Source: an uncultured Methanosarcinaceae archaeon (GTDB taxonomy: Archaea; Halobacteriota; Methanosarcinia; Methanosarcinales; Methanosarcinaceae). Taken from it: a stretch of 64,000 bases of DNA. Below, piece by piece: positions 10,811 through 24,118 of the stretch. Location: NCBI GenBank assembly GCA_963727895.1, contig CAVSHT010000004.1:32001-96000 (forward strand). The letters are read 5' to 3'. Both the position numbers and the translations under genes were made by a program. Position 1 is the stretch's first letter. Every line of letters starts with the position of its first letter. Below the pieces are notes generated by a model that did not search any database, had not been told where the DNA came from, and saw nothing but the letters and a program-made list of their open reading frames with translations.

Positions 10811-10946
10811 AACTGACCTCTTGATTAGTTTGTTATTAAACCATCCTGAAACCCATTTCGTTCCTGATCATCAAAGATTTCCAAAAATGCTCTTTTATGA
10901 TAAGAAGCTCGATCGATTACTGAAAGGACGAGATTCGGTAGTGGGT

Positions 10947-11041
10947 GTGAGTTATTGAAAAACATATGTATAAGACTCTCTTTACATTTTCTTTAAATAA
11001 GATAGATGTACTTGCTTTTTAGGAATTGATCAATAACTCAC
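10947..11041. mobile_element. MITE-like element
   Basis: IR GTGAGTTATTGA...TCAATAACTCAC. Confidence 0.45.
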
Positions 11042-11693
11042 GTACACGACCCGAGATTCGAAGAGCAAATTTTGATTAACGATATAAGCTCAACAAGCAA
11101 ACTTGGAAGCAGTTTTATAAATAGTATTTATCTTTAAAAAAGAATTTTTTATGCAGGGATTCATACTTTTTTTGGAGGAATGTTATATAAAGAAACTTTC
11201 CATCATGAGCAGTTGTAGCTAATCTTCCAATATAAGCAAAAAAATTAGATATTTATTACTGGAAATTAGAGATGGGGTATTTTCCTGTATATTAACAATG
11301 ATTTTGAGACTGATTTTTCGTATGGACTGATGAACTCAGAAATACTTCAATATTTTAGTGCAGCGAGAAATCCGAATTTTCAATAAATGTTATAATTTTA
11401 TTATCACAAATTCTCACAATATAATATAAATTTATGAGGAATTTAGAAAATAATTCCTTTAATGAAAACAAGTAACAATGAATTTATCCAAAAGTATGAT
11501 GATGCCTAAAAACAATCACTTAAGAAATAAAATATATATGAAAAACAAGGAAAGACAATTAAAGTTGTGTTTGCTCGCCAAATATTCATAAAAGTCCCAT
11601 TTCCATTTTTCTAAACAAAAATCTTTATATATAATCAATTTCTGCGAAAATCAGAACTAGGAAAAAAGAGATTTAGAAATCTGTTTAGAAAAC

Positions 11694-11843
11694 GGTTCCG
11701 TTGCAAAAAATCAGAGCATTTTACAAAATTGTTGAAAACCTTCACAATAAGATAAGTTTGGTGAGTACATATGGATTAAAATGACATTTTAAGGAAAGAA
11801 GAATAACTTCAACGTACAGAAAAATTATTTTTGCAACGGAACC
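11694..11843. mobile_element. 150-bp IS6-derived MITE
   Basis: IS6 IRs at both ends. Same family as 2549. Confidence 0.85.
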
Positions 11844-11877
11844 GATAATTTCACCTACAAAGTGCTTCCATTTAAAG

Positions 11878-12026
11878 GGTTCCGTTGCAAAAAATCAGAA
11901 CATTTTACAAAATCACTGAAAACCTTCACAATTAAGAATGTTAATCAATCTCATCACCAGGAAAATGGTACAAAAGGTAAGAATTATAGTATCAAACTGC
12001 TGAAATATTATTTTTGCACCACAACC
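11878..12026. mobile_element. IS6-derived MITE, second subfamily (degenerate)
   Basis: IS6 IR at left and degenerate TTTTTGCACCACAACC at right. Similar to 53547..53695. Confidence 0.65.
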
Positions 12027-12263
12027 ATTATTATTCCCCACTGCTATGAATCAATACTGATACCCTATTTCCTTCTTAGAAAATAATACCTTTCAGTAAA
12101 CCTCTTTTTCAGGAGTGATTGGCCGAAGAGAACTCGGTCTTTTAAAGCTTGTAGGGAAGAAACGCCTATCGTTATCTGGCGCAAAACTCTCAAAGGTAAT
12201 ATCTAAAAAAAGATTTTAAGCGGTTCATTCTATGCCGCTTAAATAATAGTTAAATATATTCAT

Positions 12264-12524
12264 TTACTCTTTTGGAAGTCCGAAGGCAACAATATAGCCT
12301 CCTGAGTTAGCAACTTCCATGTTGTTTCCTGTGGGCACCAATAGCATACCGTCTCCTATAGATGATCCACCTATGCCAATTGGGGCTCCTACATTGAATT
12401 CCCACAGCTCTTTGCCAGTTTCGGCATCATACGCCCTGAGAATTCCCGATGTTATTAGTGGTGTTTCAGTTGGGGCTCCATAGTCACCAAACGGGTAGGT
12501 TACACCTGTTTCATTATTTCCTAC
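12264..12524 (-). pseudogene. C-terminal fragment of a PQQ-binding-like beta-propeller protein, truncated by MITE
   Basis: LRAYDAETGKELWEF...GYIVAFGLP motifs. Confidence 0.7.
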
Positions 12525-12674
12525 GGTTCCGTTGCAAAAATAATTTTTCTGTACTTTGAGGTTATTCTTCTTCCCTTTAAATATCATTTTAACCCAAATT
12601 TGCTCACTAAAATTATCTTATTGTGAAGGTTTTCAACGATTTTGTAAAATGCTCTGATTTTTTGCAACGGAACC
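12525..12674. mobile_element. 150-bp IS6-derived MITE
   Basis: IS6 IRs. Family of 2549/11694. Confidence 0.85.
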
Positions 12675-12936
12675 CTTATCTCTATATTTGATAGGGATTA
12701 GGTATTTATAAATGGATTATTTATTATTTAATTGATTTCTATAAATTCTATTTAATTTATATAATTTATTTGGGAAATTAATCGGCTACTTGCATATGGG
12801 GGTAAGGAATGAAAATAAAATTAATGGTTTTTCTGTTGGTGCTTTGCTTGGTTTTCTCATTTGGGTTAGCACAAGCACAAATGGGAGAATACAATATTGT
12901 TCACAATTTTCTTTCCTAAAAGTAGCTGAGGTTATT

Positions 12937-13965
12937 ATGACTGACAACAAGAGATCACAGAAGGATTATTTGCCCATCTTTTTAATACTCAGTTTCTTTG
13001 TGGTTGTACAGGTTTTTGCTTTATTTTTGTCGGGTTTGATGGCAAAAAGTGGGCTGCAAATTTTTAGAGATCCGACACAGATTTCCAATTCCGCGATTTT
13101 TATTGGTTTAATGTTGATTTCAGCCATACTAAGTCTAATATTTATAAAATTTGGCATTCAGAATCTATCAGAAAAGTCATTAATGGCATGCTCCAAAAGT
13201 TACTATAAATCCATAACATCGAGTATCCATTCAGACTGTGCATACCGCAACCATAAAAGTTACAGTAAGTCACATGCTTTTCAGATTGGTTTTAAATGGA
13301 TCTTTAAATTTCTTGTGTACATTTCAACCATGTTAACTCTTTATATCACATTCGTAATGTTATTCACTTTCATTCCATTTTTTCTATTTTTAACAGTAGC
13401 AGAATACAATATTGCCAGTTTTGTTGTAGCCATCACACTAACAGTGTTAATTTACATGTATCCTGAATGGTATATCATCGATATTATCGGAATATGTTCG
13501 GCTAGTGGTATAGCCGCATTATTCGGAATTTCTTTTTCTATTATACCGGCGATAATTGTTCTTGTGCTTCTTGCGATCTATGATGCCATTTCAGTATACA
13601 AAACAAAGCATATGATAACCATAGTAAATGCAGGCATGGATTCAAAACTACCACTTATGTTGATTGCTCCAAACAACTTGAATTATTCATTTATCAAAAG
13701 TAGCTTCAAAAAAGAAGGCACAGACGAAGCTTTTTTCGTAGGGATTGGGGATATTGTTGCGCCTACTATACTAGTTGTTTCCGCTCACATTTTTCTGCAT
13801 AATGCTTATCCTGTAATTGGAGCAATGTTCGGTACACTCCTTGGTTGCATAATTATGTTCACTATAACTATCAAAGGAAACAGCGCTCAAGCAGGGCTTC
13901 CTTCCCTTAATTTAGGAGCAATACTTGGATTTTTTGCAGGTGGCCTGCTCTTGGGATTTCAATGA
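12937..13965 (+). CDS. presenilin-family intramembrane aspartyl protease (PSH) with in-frame MITE insertion
   Basis: YPEWYIID, IYDAISVYKTKHM, GIGD and QAGLP motifs. Multiple TM helices. GAGG RBS before ATG 12937. Confidence 0.85.
   Translation: MTDNKRSQKDYLPIFLILSFFVVVQVFALFLSGLMAKSGLQIFRDPTQISNSAIFIGLMLISAILSLIFIKFGIQNLSEKSLMACSKSYYKSITSSIHSDCAYRNHKSYSKSHAFQIGFKWIFKFLVYISTMLTLYITFVMLFTFIPFFLFLTVAEYNIASFVVAITLTVLIYMYPEWYIIDIIGICSASGIAALFGISFSIIPAIIVLVLLAIYDAISVYKTKHMITIVNAGMDSKLPLMLIAPNNLNYSFIKSSFKKEGTDEAFFVGIGDIVAPTILVVSAHIFLHNAYPVIGAMFGTLLGCIIMFTITIKGNSAQAGLPSLNLGAILGFFAGGLLLGFQ
13161..13292. mobile_element. degenerate IS5-type MITE inserted in frame in PSH
   Basis: Aligns with MITE 34382..34504. 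IR GAATCTATCAGAAAAG / CTTTTCAGATTGGTTT. Flanks TCA/TAA. Confidence 0.75.
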
Positions 13966-14175
13966 TGTATCAGCTATCAGGTTGATCTTTTTAGGTAGAT
14001 AAGCTAAATAAAGACAAATTAGCAAAGTTCGAATTTTGCGACAAAGGAGCAAGGGTTCTGTTGCAAAAATATAGTCAACTCATGAATTAATTACACTTTT
14101 AATTTGTTCATCAAATAATTTTATCCAACTATTAGCAAACGATTTTGATTTAGCTAACTTCATGTATTCATTTTT

Positions 14176-14325
14176 GGTTCTGGTGCAAAAATAATTTTTC
14201 TGTACTTTGAGGTTATTTTTCTTTCCTTTAAATGTCATTTTTACCCAAATTTGCTCACTAAAATTATCTTATTGTGAAGGTTTTCAACGATTTTGTAAAA
14301 TGCTCTGATTTTTTGCAACGGAACC
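14176..14325. mobile_element. 150-bp IS6-derived MITE
   Basis: IS6 IRs. Family of 2549. Confidence 0.85.
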
Positions 14326-14547
14326 GGTAAAACCTATGTGTTTTCTGAATAATCCAATTTTAAGGATACTTCAGAACCCGAATGTTTCATCCTAAGAAGG
14401 TTCGTGTCTTATTTTTGTAGTGTAATTTCTCCTTCGTAATGTTTCCACTTAAAGGAATTAGACAGCATATTACTATTCTCTTGATTTCTTCCTTATTCAA
14501 TTGAATCCTTATTATGAATTTTTGCAGCAGAACCCGACGATAGGCTC

Positions 14548-15198
14548 CTAATCATGCATCTTTGATTTACGTTTGCTCTGAATGTATTTAATAATACCAA
14601 AAAATGAAAAAACAAGAATAATCACAAGTATTGCAAGACTAAAGTTATCTTTTACGATAGGTAAGTTTCCAAAAAAGTACCCTGCAAAGAGGAATGTAGA
14701 TACCCATGAGACAACACCCACTACATTATACCAAAAGAACTTTGAATAGGGCGTAAACCCCATACCTGCTACAAAAGGCGCTAAAGTACGGAATATAGGC
14801 AGAAAGCTAGCTATTATTATTGTTCTTGCTCCATATCTTTGGAAAAATCTGCGTGTGCGGTCAAGGTATTCTTTTTTAATAAACCTTATATCTTCATCTT
14901 TTGTGATCTTCTTTCTTACTAAATGACCAATAAAATAATTGGCGTTATCTCCAGAAACGACTGCAAGACATAATACGAAAAATAGAGCTGATATATTAAG
15001 CGATCCAGTAGCAGCCAAAGTTCCAGTGGAGAAAAGGACGGTATCACCAGGTACTAAGGGAGTTACTACAAATCCAGTTTCACTGAAGAGTATAAAAAAT
15101 AATAATAAATAGATCAGCAGACCATGTTTATTTGTTAATGCGATTAGATGAGTATTAAAATGAAAAATGAGGTCTATATAATAATATAGATTAACCAT
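14548..15198 (-). CDS. DedA (SNARE-associated/VTT) family membrane protein
   Basis: FSETG..VPGDTVLF, GDNANYFIG and FLPIFRTLAPFVAG motifs. Start position uncertain. Confidence 0.85.
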   Translation of the reverse strand: MVNLYYYIDLIFHFNTHLIALTNKHGLLIYLLLFFILFSETGFVVTPLVPGDTVLFSTGTLAATGSLNISALFFVLCLAVVSGDNANYFIGHLVRKKITKDEDIRFIKKEYLDRTRRFFQRYGARTIIIASFLPIFRTLAPFVAGMGFTPYSKFFWYNVVGVVSWVSTFLFAGYFFGNLPIVKDNFSLAILVIILVFSFFGIIKYIQSKRKSKMHD

Positions 15199-15404
15199 GC
15201 AAATACTTCTATAGAAATGTCTGTTACTTATAATATGGCTAATGCCACAAAGAGTCAAAGCAACTTGACCTTTTTGCAACATAACCAAAAATACGAACTT
15301 TTTGACCTAAAACGTAGCTATCTTTGTGAGATCTTACAAGAGCTAAAAAATCAATTCTTTAAGATACATTGAATCTATTTTTTATAAAAGATGTTTGAAT
15401 ATAA

Positions 15405-15811
15405 TGAGTCGTGTCACTTGTTAAAAATGCTCCCAAAACAGCAACAACTATTGTTGTAAGATCTGATACCAATACTCGTATAAGTCATTCAAGAGATCCT
15501 TATTATAACCTTATGCGGCGTATCTTTCAAGAAGATGCCACGCGGTTACAGGGCAAAAATTCCTTGTAATGATTGAAGAGCGACAAGCTGCAGGAAATGC
15601 AATCCGAACGGATGAGTGGAAAGTCATTTTGGAAGAACTCCAAATATGTCGTGCTTCATTTTACGCAATGTGCAATAAACTGCTTGGAGCAGGGCTTATC
15701 TCTATAAAAAACAAAGAATACAGGCTTTCAGGCCAGTTTTCAAAGGATCTTCTGGATATGGCTAGCTGGTGGTGGACTGCAATTCTCAATAACCCAGAGG
15801 AAAATCTGTAA
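15405..15811 (+). pseudogene. wHTH-like hypothetical protein, probably frameshifted at the 5' end
   Basis: ICRASFYAMCNKLLGAGLI..YRLS in 15569..15811. The upstream sequence reads as coding in shifting frames. Confidence 0.4.
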
Positions 15812-15949
15812 TGCAAGTATAACCTTTTGTTATTAAGTTAGAAGGTTTCGTTGCAAAAACTTCAGAATAATCATGTAAATCTATAAACAATGAAAAAAAA
15901 GTTAAAAATATTCAAGAAAATTGATTACATTGAGAAAATTTTGTTTTTC

Positions 15950-16198
15950 TTATTCTTTTTCTTCCTTAGTACTCTGAATTTTTGTAAAATTCGCTAATCC
16001 TACCTCATGATCATTGCAATGATGCAGATCTGAAAGCTGAATAACTTTTCCTCCTATCCTAAATACGTGATCCTGTGACCCAAGGGTATAACATGCTGCA
16101 GATACAAACTTTTCTATTGGAATATTTGCAATTTCAAGCTTGTTTCCTGGATAAAGTTTCCTGCAATTCCTACAATAATAAAATGGAGTTATTATCAT
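15950..16198 (-). CDS. small hypothetical protein with CxxC...HHC putative metal site
   Basis: MIITPFYYCRNCRKLY...LHHCND. Start position uncertain. Confidence 0.5.
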   Translation of the reverse strand: MIITPFYYCRNCRKLYPGNKLEIANIPIEKFVSAACYTLGSQDHVFRIGGKVIQLSDLHHCNDHEVGLANFTKIQSTKEEKE

Positions 16199-16682
16199 CG
16201 TTATCTTCTCATTTTGTAAAATGCATTCCTTTATAACTAACGTTTTTGTTACAATACTATATAGTCCATGTGCCAAAAATCAGAAAAATTTTTAGATTTC
16301 AAACTAATTTTGTTCACTCAACAAAATTTTTTGATATCGGCTGATAAAAGCTATGTGAATTAGTAAAAACTCATTTCAAAGACTATGGAATACAATAAAC
16401 CACACATATGCGAAAATTAAATATCAGGAAGCCCATTTCATTTTCGGGTAGAAATTTTTTCCTATCGATAACCCCAATATCAAATACAAAAAACATAGAG
16501 AAACATATAGGCACTTTTTTCAATGTCTATTAATAGCGAAATAAACTAATATCTTATAGTTTTAGAAAATTTGTTATATATTTAAGATTATGTTTCTGAA
16601 TAGTATATTATATCCGGATTAGTGACTTCTTGAAGCTTATGATTTTACAGAAAAATAGTTACACTGCCGAAGATCAGATTGA

Positions 16683-18935
<2,253 letters not shown>

Positions 18936-19058
18936 TCGTAGTATAAATGTCTTTAAGGGCTTAGAGATCTTCAAAACAAACTTGGATTAGCTTTGAAAAC
19001 CGTAAACATGGTTAGATACTGATGAGACATTAAAATCTAGTAACTAAGGTGAACTTAA

Positions 19059-19169
19059 ATGGGTGTATCTGCAAAGGAGAAAGGTATTTTTGTGAGATCT
19101 GCGGTAACGAAGTTACAGTAGAAAAAGTAGGTGGTGGAACTCTTGTTTGTTGTGGTTAGGAGATGATTC
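19059..19169 (+). pseudogene. desulforedoxin-like iron-binding protein, frameshifted, amber codon, truncated by IS6 end
   Basis: The shifted frame reads YFCEICGNEVTVEKVGGGTLVCCG*EM. AAGGTGA RBS. Confidence 0.75.
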
Positions 19170-19217
19170 GGTTCTGTTGCAAAAATCCTAATATTGAAGC
19201 ATTGATCATCGGTTAAG

Positions 19218-19456
19218 GTTCATGTCCAGAAATCTTTTTAAATCTTCTGACATAGTCCAGGAGCCTATCCCAAAACTCAAAATTGCGTCTCTAAATTTCA
19301 AATTCCAAATGACCAATCGAGTCTCCAATTATAATAATAATTCAGAAACTTTTATCGATGTGAGAATCAAATTGTTTTTGGGATGAGCTCCAGTGGAAAT
19401 ATGGAATTCATCGGGAGTTTCGTCGGGTGTTACTGCAGGAGGTCTGTGGACATGAA
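19218..19456. mobile_element. MITE (GTTCATGTCC ends) carrying nested IS5-type MITE 19261..19390
   Basis: Empty sister copy at 27704..27823. The nested element has GAGCCTATCCCAAAA / TTTTGGGATGAGCTC IRs and a CAG duplication. Confidence 0.75.
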
Positions 19457-20296
19457 GGCTAGTCCATAAACCATCAAACTAGGAGAAAGTGATATGCTTG
19501 TTCCACTTCCTCCTCTCATCATTGTAACGCCGATCATTGGAAATACAGCTGAAAGAAGAGCTCCCAAAATCACTCCAAAAACACCTCCAACAAAACCTAC
19601 CATTGCGGAATTAAACAAAAAAATCATAAGAATATCTTTATTTTTCGCCCCTATAGCTTTCATTGTTCCTATTTCTTTAGTCTTTTCAAGGACAGAAGTA
19701 AACATAGTATTTGCAATTCCTACAGCTCCTACTATAAGCGATACAGCAGCAATTGCTCCCAAAAAGAGTCTCATTGAATCAATCATACTGGTAACAGCAC
19801 TGGCCATTGATGCTGTGGTTGTTACAGTAAAATCCTGATCACTTGCTTTATTAACATGCCTGGAAATCAAGAGCTTTTTTACAATTGCACTGTCTGCTGC
19901 ATCTACAACAGCCGGACTCTGAGCTTCTACTTCAATAGTATCATATACATTTTTTTCTGCATCTGGAATCAAATTTACCGCGGCATTTATAGGCATATAT
20001 ATCTGATTATCTTCTCCTCCACCCTGTTCTTCCAAAATTCCAACAACTCTTACGGACTTTCCATCTACATTTATAATCTGGTTAATTCCAATATTTTTTT
20101 TGTAAATCCCGGTAGCTACTCCGCTTCCGATAACTGCAACATAATTATCTGCTGGTTCAAGTAACCTTCCCGAATCCAGGGTGATTGTGTTCATATACTT
20201 CCAAACCTGTGGATCTACTCCGGTAACGGAAAGAGAAGCACTTTCTGAGTTGTAGCTTATGTTTACTCTACCAGAAATCTCACCAGTAATATATTT
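19457..20296 (-). pseudogene. MacB/FtsX-like ABC transporter permease fragment
   Basis: AAVSLIVGAVGIANTMFTSVLEKTKEIGTMKAIGA motif. Cut by IS1 at the 5' end and a MITE at the 3' end. Confidence 0.85.
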
Positions 20297-20544
20297 GGCA
20301 TTGGTAAACAAAAATAGATATATGTGCTTATAACATATATTTCTGCATGAACTGCCCAAAATGTAATAGTTCTAATCACAAAAAGAATGGTATAGTTGGC
20401 GGGCGTCAACGCTACAAATGCCATGATTGTGGATATAACTATACAGTAGAGCTAAAATCAACTGCTTTTTCCGCTTCTGTAAAAAGACAGGCTTTACAAC
20501 TCTATCTTGAAGGATTGGGCTTTCGCTCAATAGGACGATTTTAG
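20297..20544 (+). mobile_element. 5' half of IS1 interrupted by IS110
   Basis: Left IR GGCATTGGTAA. MNCPKC...RYKC..C zinc ribbon. Ends at TTTTAG. Confidence 0.9.
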
Positions 20545-22056
20545 CATGAAAGTACATGAGGAGATTATCCTCACGTGCTCTCTTGATCCTTTTTCCCCAT
20601 AATCGCAAATATTCCACTAATTATTTTAATCCGTTCATCAACCGAAAAAAGCTCAGTCTCAATAATCTTTCTCTTTTGGATTTCTCCCTTTTGATATCCG
20701 GTTTCATCTTCGTCCATCTCATCGTTTGTAATAAGATGCCATAGTATCGTTGCAATTTTCCTTGCTAAAGCAATAATTGCTTTTGCATGTCCAATCGACT
20801 TCTTTTTTCTGTTAAAAAACTCTTTTAACCTGCTATTCTTCTTTCTTGCTGCTGCTTGAGCAATCTGTGTCAGAATCCACCTTGCTACTTTTGATCCCCT
20901 CTTTGTGATTCTGCCGTTATAGTATTTATCTGCAGATTGATACACATTAGGAACTAGACCAAGCCAAGAAGCAAGCTTATTTCCAGAAGAAAAATCCTTA
21001 AAGTTGCCTATTTCAGCAAGTAAAATTGCCGCACCAAGTTCCCCTATACCTGGAACTGACATTAAAATCTCCATTTCTCGCTTATGATTTCGAGAAGCAT
21101 AATTGAAAATTTATTTTTCTAAAGCTTCGAGTTCATCATCAAGACTTTTTATGAGTTTTAGACAGATCTGAAGTCTGAATGCAGCACTTTGAGAAATTTC
21201 TCGATCAAGAATTTCTCTTATCTGAGCAGCTTTTTTCCGAACATTTGGAGAGAGGCTTGCAATAATCTGATCAACACTCTTACCTGAAGAGATTCCTAAT
21301 AAAATCATTCTGCCATTCTTGCCAAAAACGTCTGTCAGAACATTATTCAGGTGTAGCATTTCAGATGCAAGAATTGAGTGAGCTTTATTTTTTAAATCTG
21401 TTCTTTTTTGTACAAGTGTTAACCGAAGTCGAACATATGATCTAAAATCTATATGATCCTTTGGAAAAACTCTTGATGGCTGAATCATATTATTAAGTGC
21501 AAGTTGTGCAATGACTTCTGAGTCAATCTTATCTGTTTTTGTATGGGTAAATACCTTCATATCTCGCGCATTTCCAACTATCACAGTTAGATGCTTTACC
21601 AATGAATCATGAATCGGAACCCAAAAGTCGCTGGTTGATTCACATGCAACAACATCACATTTTTCTGATATTACCCAATTTTTAAGGGCTAAAATTCCTT
21701 CATCATCTCTGTTGAAACGTTGCTGTTGTTTTTCACCAGATCTGCTGAGAATTGTAGCAATGAAAAAGAGTTTGTGAATGTCTAAACCACAAGCTTTGTT
21801 TACAATATCTACCAATTAAAATCACCAAAGTTATTTGGGCAGTGAAATGATCTCAAAGGCAATTTGACATCTGTGATCAAGGTCACATTTGAGCCTTCGG
21901 CGGTATTTAGTGGTTAGTTTTAGTAAGGTTTTGAAAAACCAAAATAAAGACAACCTTACTGCCCAACATTACAAGGGCTTAGTAGTCAAAAAAGAGAAGG
22001 TAAAGTACTTTCATGTATTTGTGCCTGTTATTCGAAGAATTTCATGTATGTTTTAG
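20545..22056 (-). mobile_element. complete IS110-family element (copy B); transposase 20571..21815 split by nonsense at 21111
   Basis: DEDD RuvC motifs and SVPGIG/QSA Tnp domain. GAA to TAA relative to copy A. Both ends visible. Confidence 0.92.
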
Positions 22057-22090
22057 TATATCCCTAGCAGATATTTTTTGCAACGGAACC

Positions 22091-22227
22091 GACTTCCCAA
22101 TAGCAAGTGACTTCTTTATAAACTCAATGGCTTTTTTAGCATCACCAAGAGCACTGTATGCGTTCCCCAGATTGCCAAGCCAAACTCCTTCGTTACGTAT
22201 ATCACCTATTTCTCTTGCAATTTTCAA
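22091..22227 (-). pseudogene. tetratricopeptide-repeat fragment truncated by IS6 end
   Basis: IAREIGDIRNEGVWLGNLGNAYSALGD is a TPR pattern. Confidence 0.65.
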
Positions 22228-22461
22228 GGTATGTTCATAATAATCAATGGACTTTGTTCAATGGAACCATTATACAAAATATATAAAATACGGTGCAAAA
22301 ATTTAATTTTGAGGCTTTTTGCATAGCTGACAAAATAGAAAGATAAATAATGGTCTTCTGCAAAATTTACAATTGTATATTCAAAATAATGTAATAGTTT
22401 TAGCTCATTGTTTTTGTTTATAAACTGATTTATGTGAGCTTTAAAAGCAAAACTGAGGCAT

Positions 22462-23922
22462 ATGATGAGAAAAAAATATTTTAAGTACATTAGTGAAAAC
22501 TGGATAAAAATAAGATCTTATATTTTAGTTCTTACTTTATTAATTATGCTGGATGCATTTGGTGTTTATATTCTAGTGCATTCAAGTTCTTCACTTTCAT
22601 TGCCAAATAATACTGTCTATGTTGCTACAGATGGGAGAGGAAATTTCAATTGTAATGGAAGCGATGACCAGGTAGAAATAAATGAAGCTCTTGCATATGT
22701 CACAGAAAATCAGCAGTTCACAACTGTTCACTTGAAAGGTCCAAACACATACATTCTTTCCGATACTATTCTAATTGGAAATAATACCACCCTTGAAGGT
22801 GACCCTACAGCCGTAATAAAGCTTAAAGATAAAGCGGATTGGCCAGTTGCTAAACCTCTGATAACACAGATCAACAAAACCGGAGCCTGTGGAATTACTA
22901 TAAAAGGATTTGAAATCAACGGAAATCATGACAATAATTTAGATAGACCAAAAGGATATGGATATTACAATATGATTCATTTCTTCAATTCTACGGATAT
23001 TCAAGTCCATGACATGTATATGCACGATGGCCATGGGGAAGGATTAAAAGTATACAATAGTTACAATATTCAGTTTTATAATAATATTATATATAAAACG
23101 GGGCATAATGGTCTTTTTGATGAAAATTGCCAGAATGTAGATGCCTGGAACAACACAATAACTGTCAGGACTGACAGTGGTTTTAGAAATAAAAACTCAA
23201 ACCATGTAAAAATTCATGATAATAATATAACTTCCTTTTATGACTGGAGTGCAGGTGGCGCTGGAATTATGATTGAGAAAACAACAGGCATCGTTAACGA
23301 TATTGAAATATATAATAATACTATTCAAAATACTTATGGGCCTGGAATATGGTTAATAGGTTGTTTTGAACTTTATCCAAAAGATGAAGCTAAGAATGTT
23401 CACATTTATAAAAATGTCTTTAGTAATACTGGTACAAACCCACATATTGACTGGGTAGGAGGGATAGTAACAAGTGGATTTTATGATACCCTCATCGAAA
23501 ACAATACATTTGATGGGGTATATCACGGTGCAATTATTCAGATGTATCCAAAAAGTGGTACTCACATTTATCCTACATATAATAATTCAGGTCACATTGA
23601 TCTTTCACCCAAAGGTATAGGATATACAACAATTGTCCGTAACAATATCATCGCAAATACCAAACAACGCAAAAAAGATCCAAATGGAACTGGATATGGG
23701 GTAATTAATTATCTTCCAAAAACACATACTATTATATTGGAGCATAACTGTCTGTACAATAACTATGCAGGTAACTATCTAAACTGTACATCAACCACTG
23801 ATATCTATGTAGATCCTCTCCTTTTAGACCAAGATATTGGTGCAGGGTATTCTTCAGAAGAACATCCACAAGGTATTAATCAAACAATGATAAACTCTAT
23901 ATTTAAAAGTGAATATTCATAA
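22462..23922 (+). CDS. right-handed parallel beta-helix surface protein (disaggregatase-related type)
   Basis: N-terminal TM or signal. VYVATDGRGNFNCNGSDDQVEINEAL motif. Asn-rich beta-helix repeats. Confidence 0.8.
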   Translation: MMRKKYFKYISENWIKIRSYILVLTLLIMLDAFGVYILVHSSSSLSLPNNTVYVATDGRGNFNCNGSDDQVEINEALAYVTENQQFTTVHLKGPNTYILSDTILIGNNTTLEGDPTAVIKLKDKADWPVAKPLITQINKTGACGITIKGFEINGNHDNNLDRPKGYGYYNMIHFFNSTDIQVHDMYMHDGHGEGLKVYNSYNIQFYNNIIYKTGHNGLFDENCQNVDAWNNTITVRTDSGFRNKNSNHVKIHDNNITSFYDWSAGGAGIMIEKTTGIVNDIEIYNNTIQNTYGPGIWLIGCFELYPKDEAKNVHIYKNVFSNTGTNPHIDWVGGIVTSGFYDTLIENNTFDGVYHGAIIQMYPKSGTHIYPTYNNSGHIDLSPKGIGYTTIVRNNIIANTKQRKKDPNGTGYGVINYLPKTHTIILEHNCLYNNYAGNYLNCTSTTDIYVDPLLLDQDIGAGYSSEEHPQGINQTMINSIFKSEYS

Positions 23923-23958
23923 GGTACCTGTACCTGCATTGATTTCTATCAATGACGT

Positions 23959-24118
23959 GGTTCCGTTGCAAAAAATCTCCAGAGTGTACGTTTTAAGGAG
24001 GATTCAACTCTAATACTACTGTTTTTCTCTGCTATGGAAAGACCAAGAGAGAGATATAAAATTAATGATATTAATCTATATGTTTACCTGCCGAATCTAG
24101 GATTTTTGCAATAGCACC
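23959..24118. mobile_element. IS6-ended MITE, third variant
   Basis: GGTTCCGTTGCAAAAAATC ... GATTTTTGCAATAGCACC. Confidence 0.55.

Noticed and set aside
12790..12936. Long N-terminal extensions in the ORF track (PSH, katG, copB, SIMPL, frhG)
   Set aside because: Downstream starts have better RBS and fit family lengths.
19150..19162. Pyrrolysine readthrough at TAG in desulforedoxin (and IS6 TAG at 3293)
   Set aside because: Both genes carry other inactivating lesions, so CAG to TAG decay is the simpler explanation.
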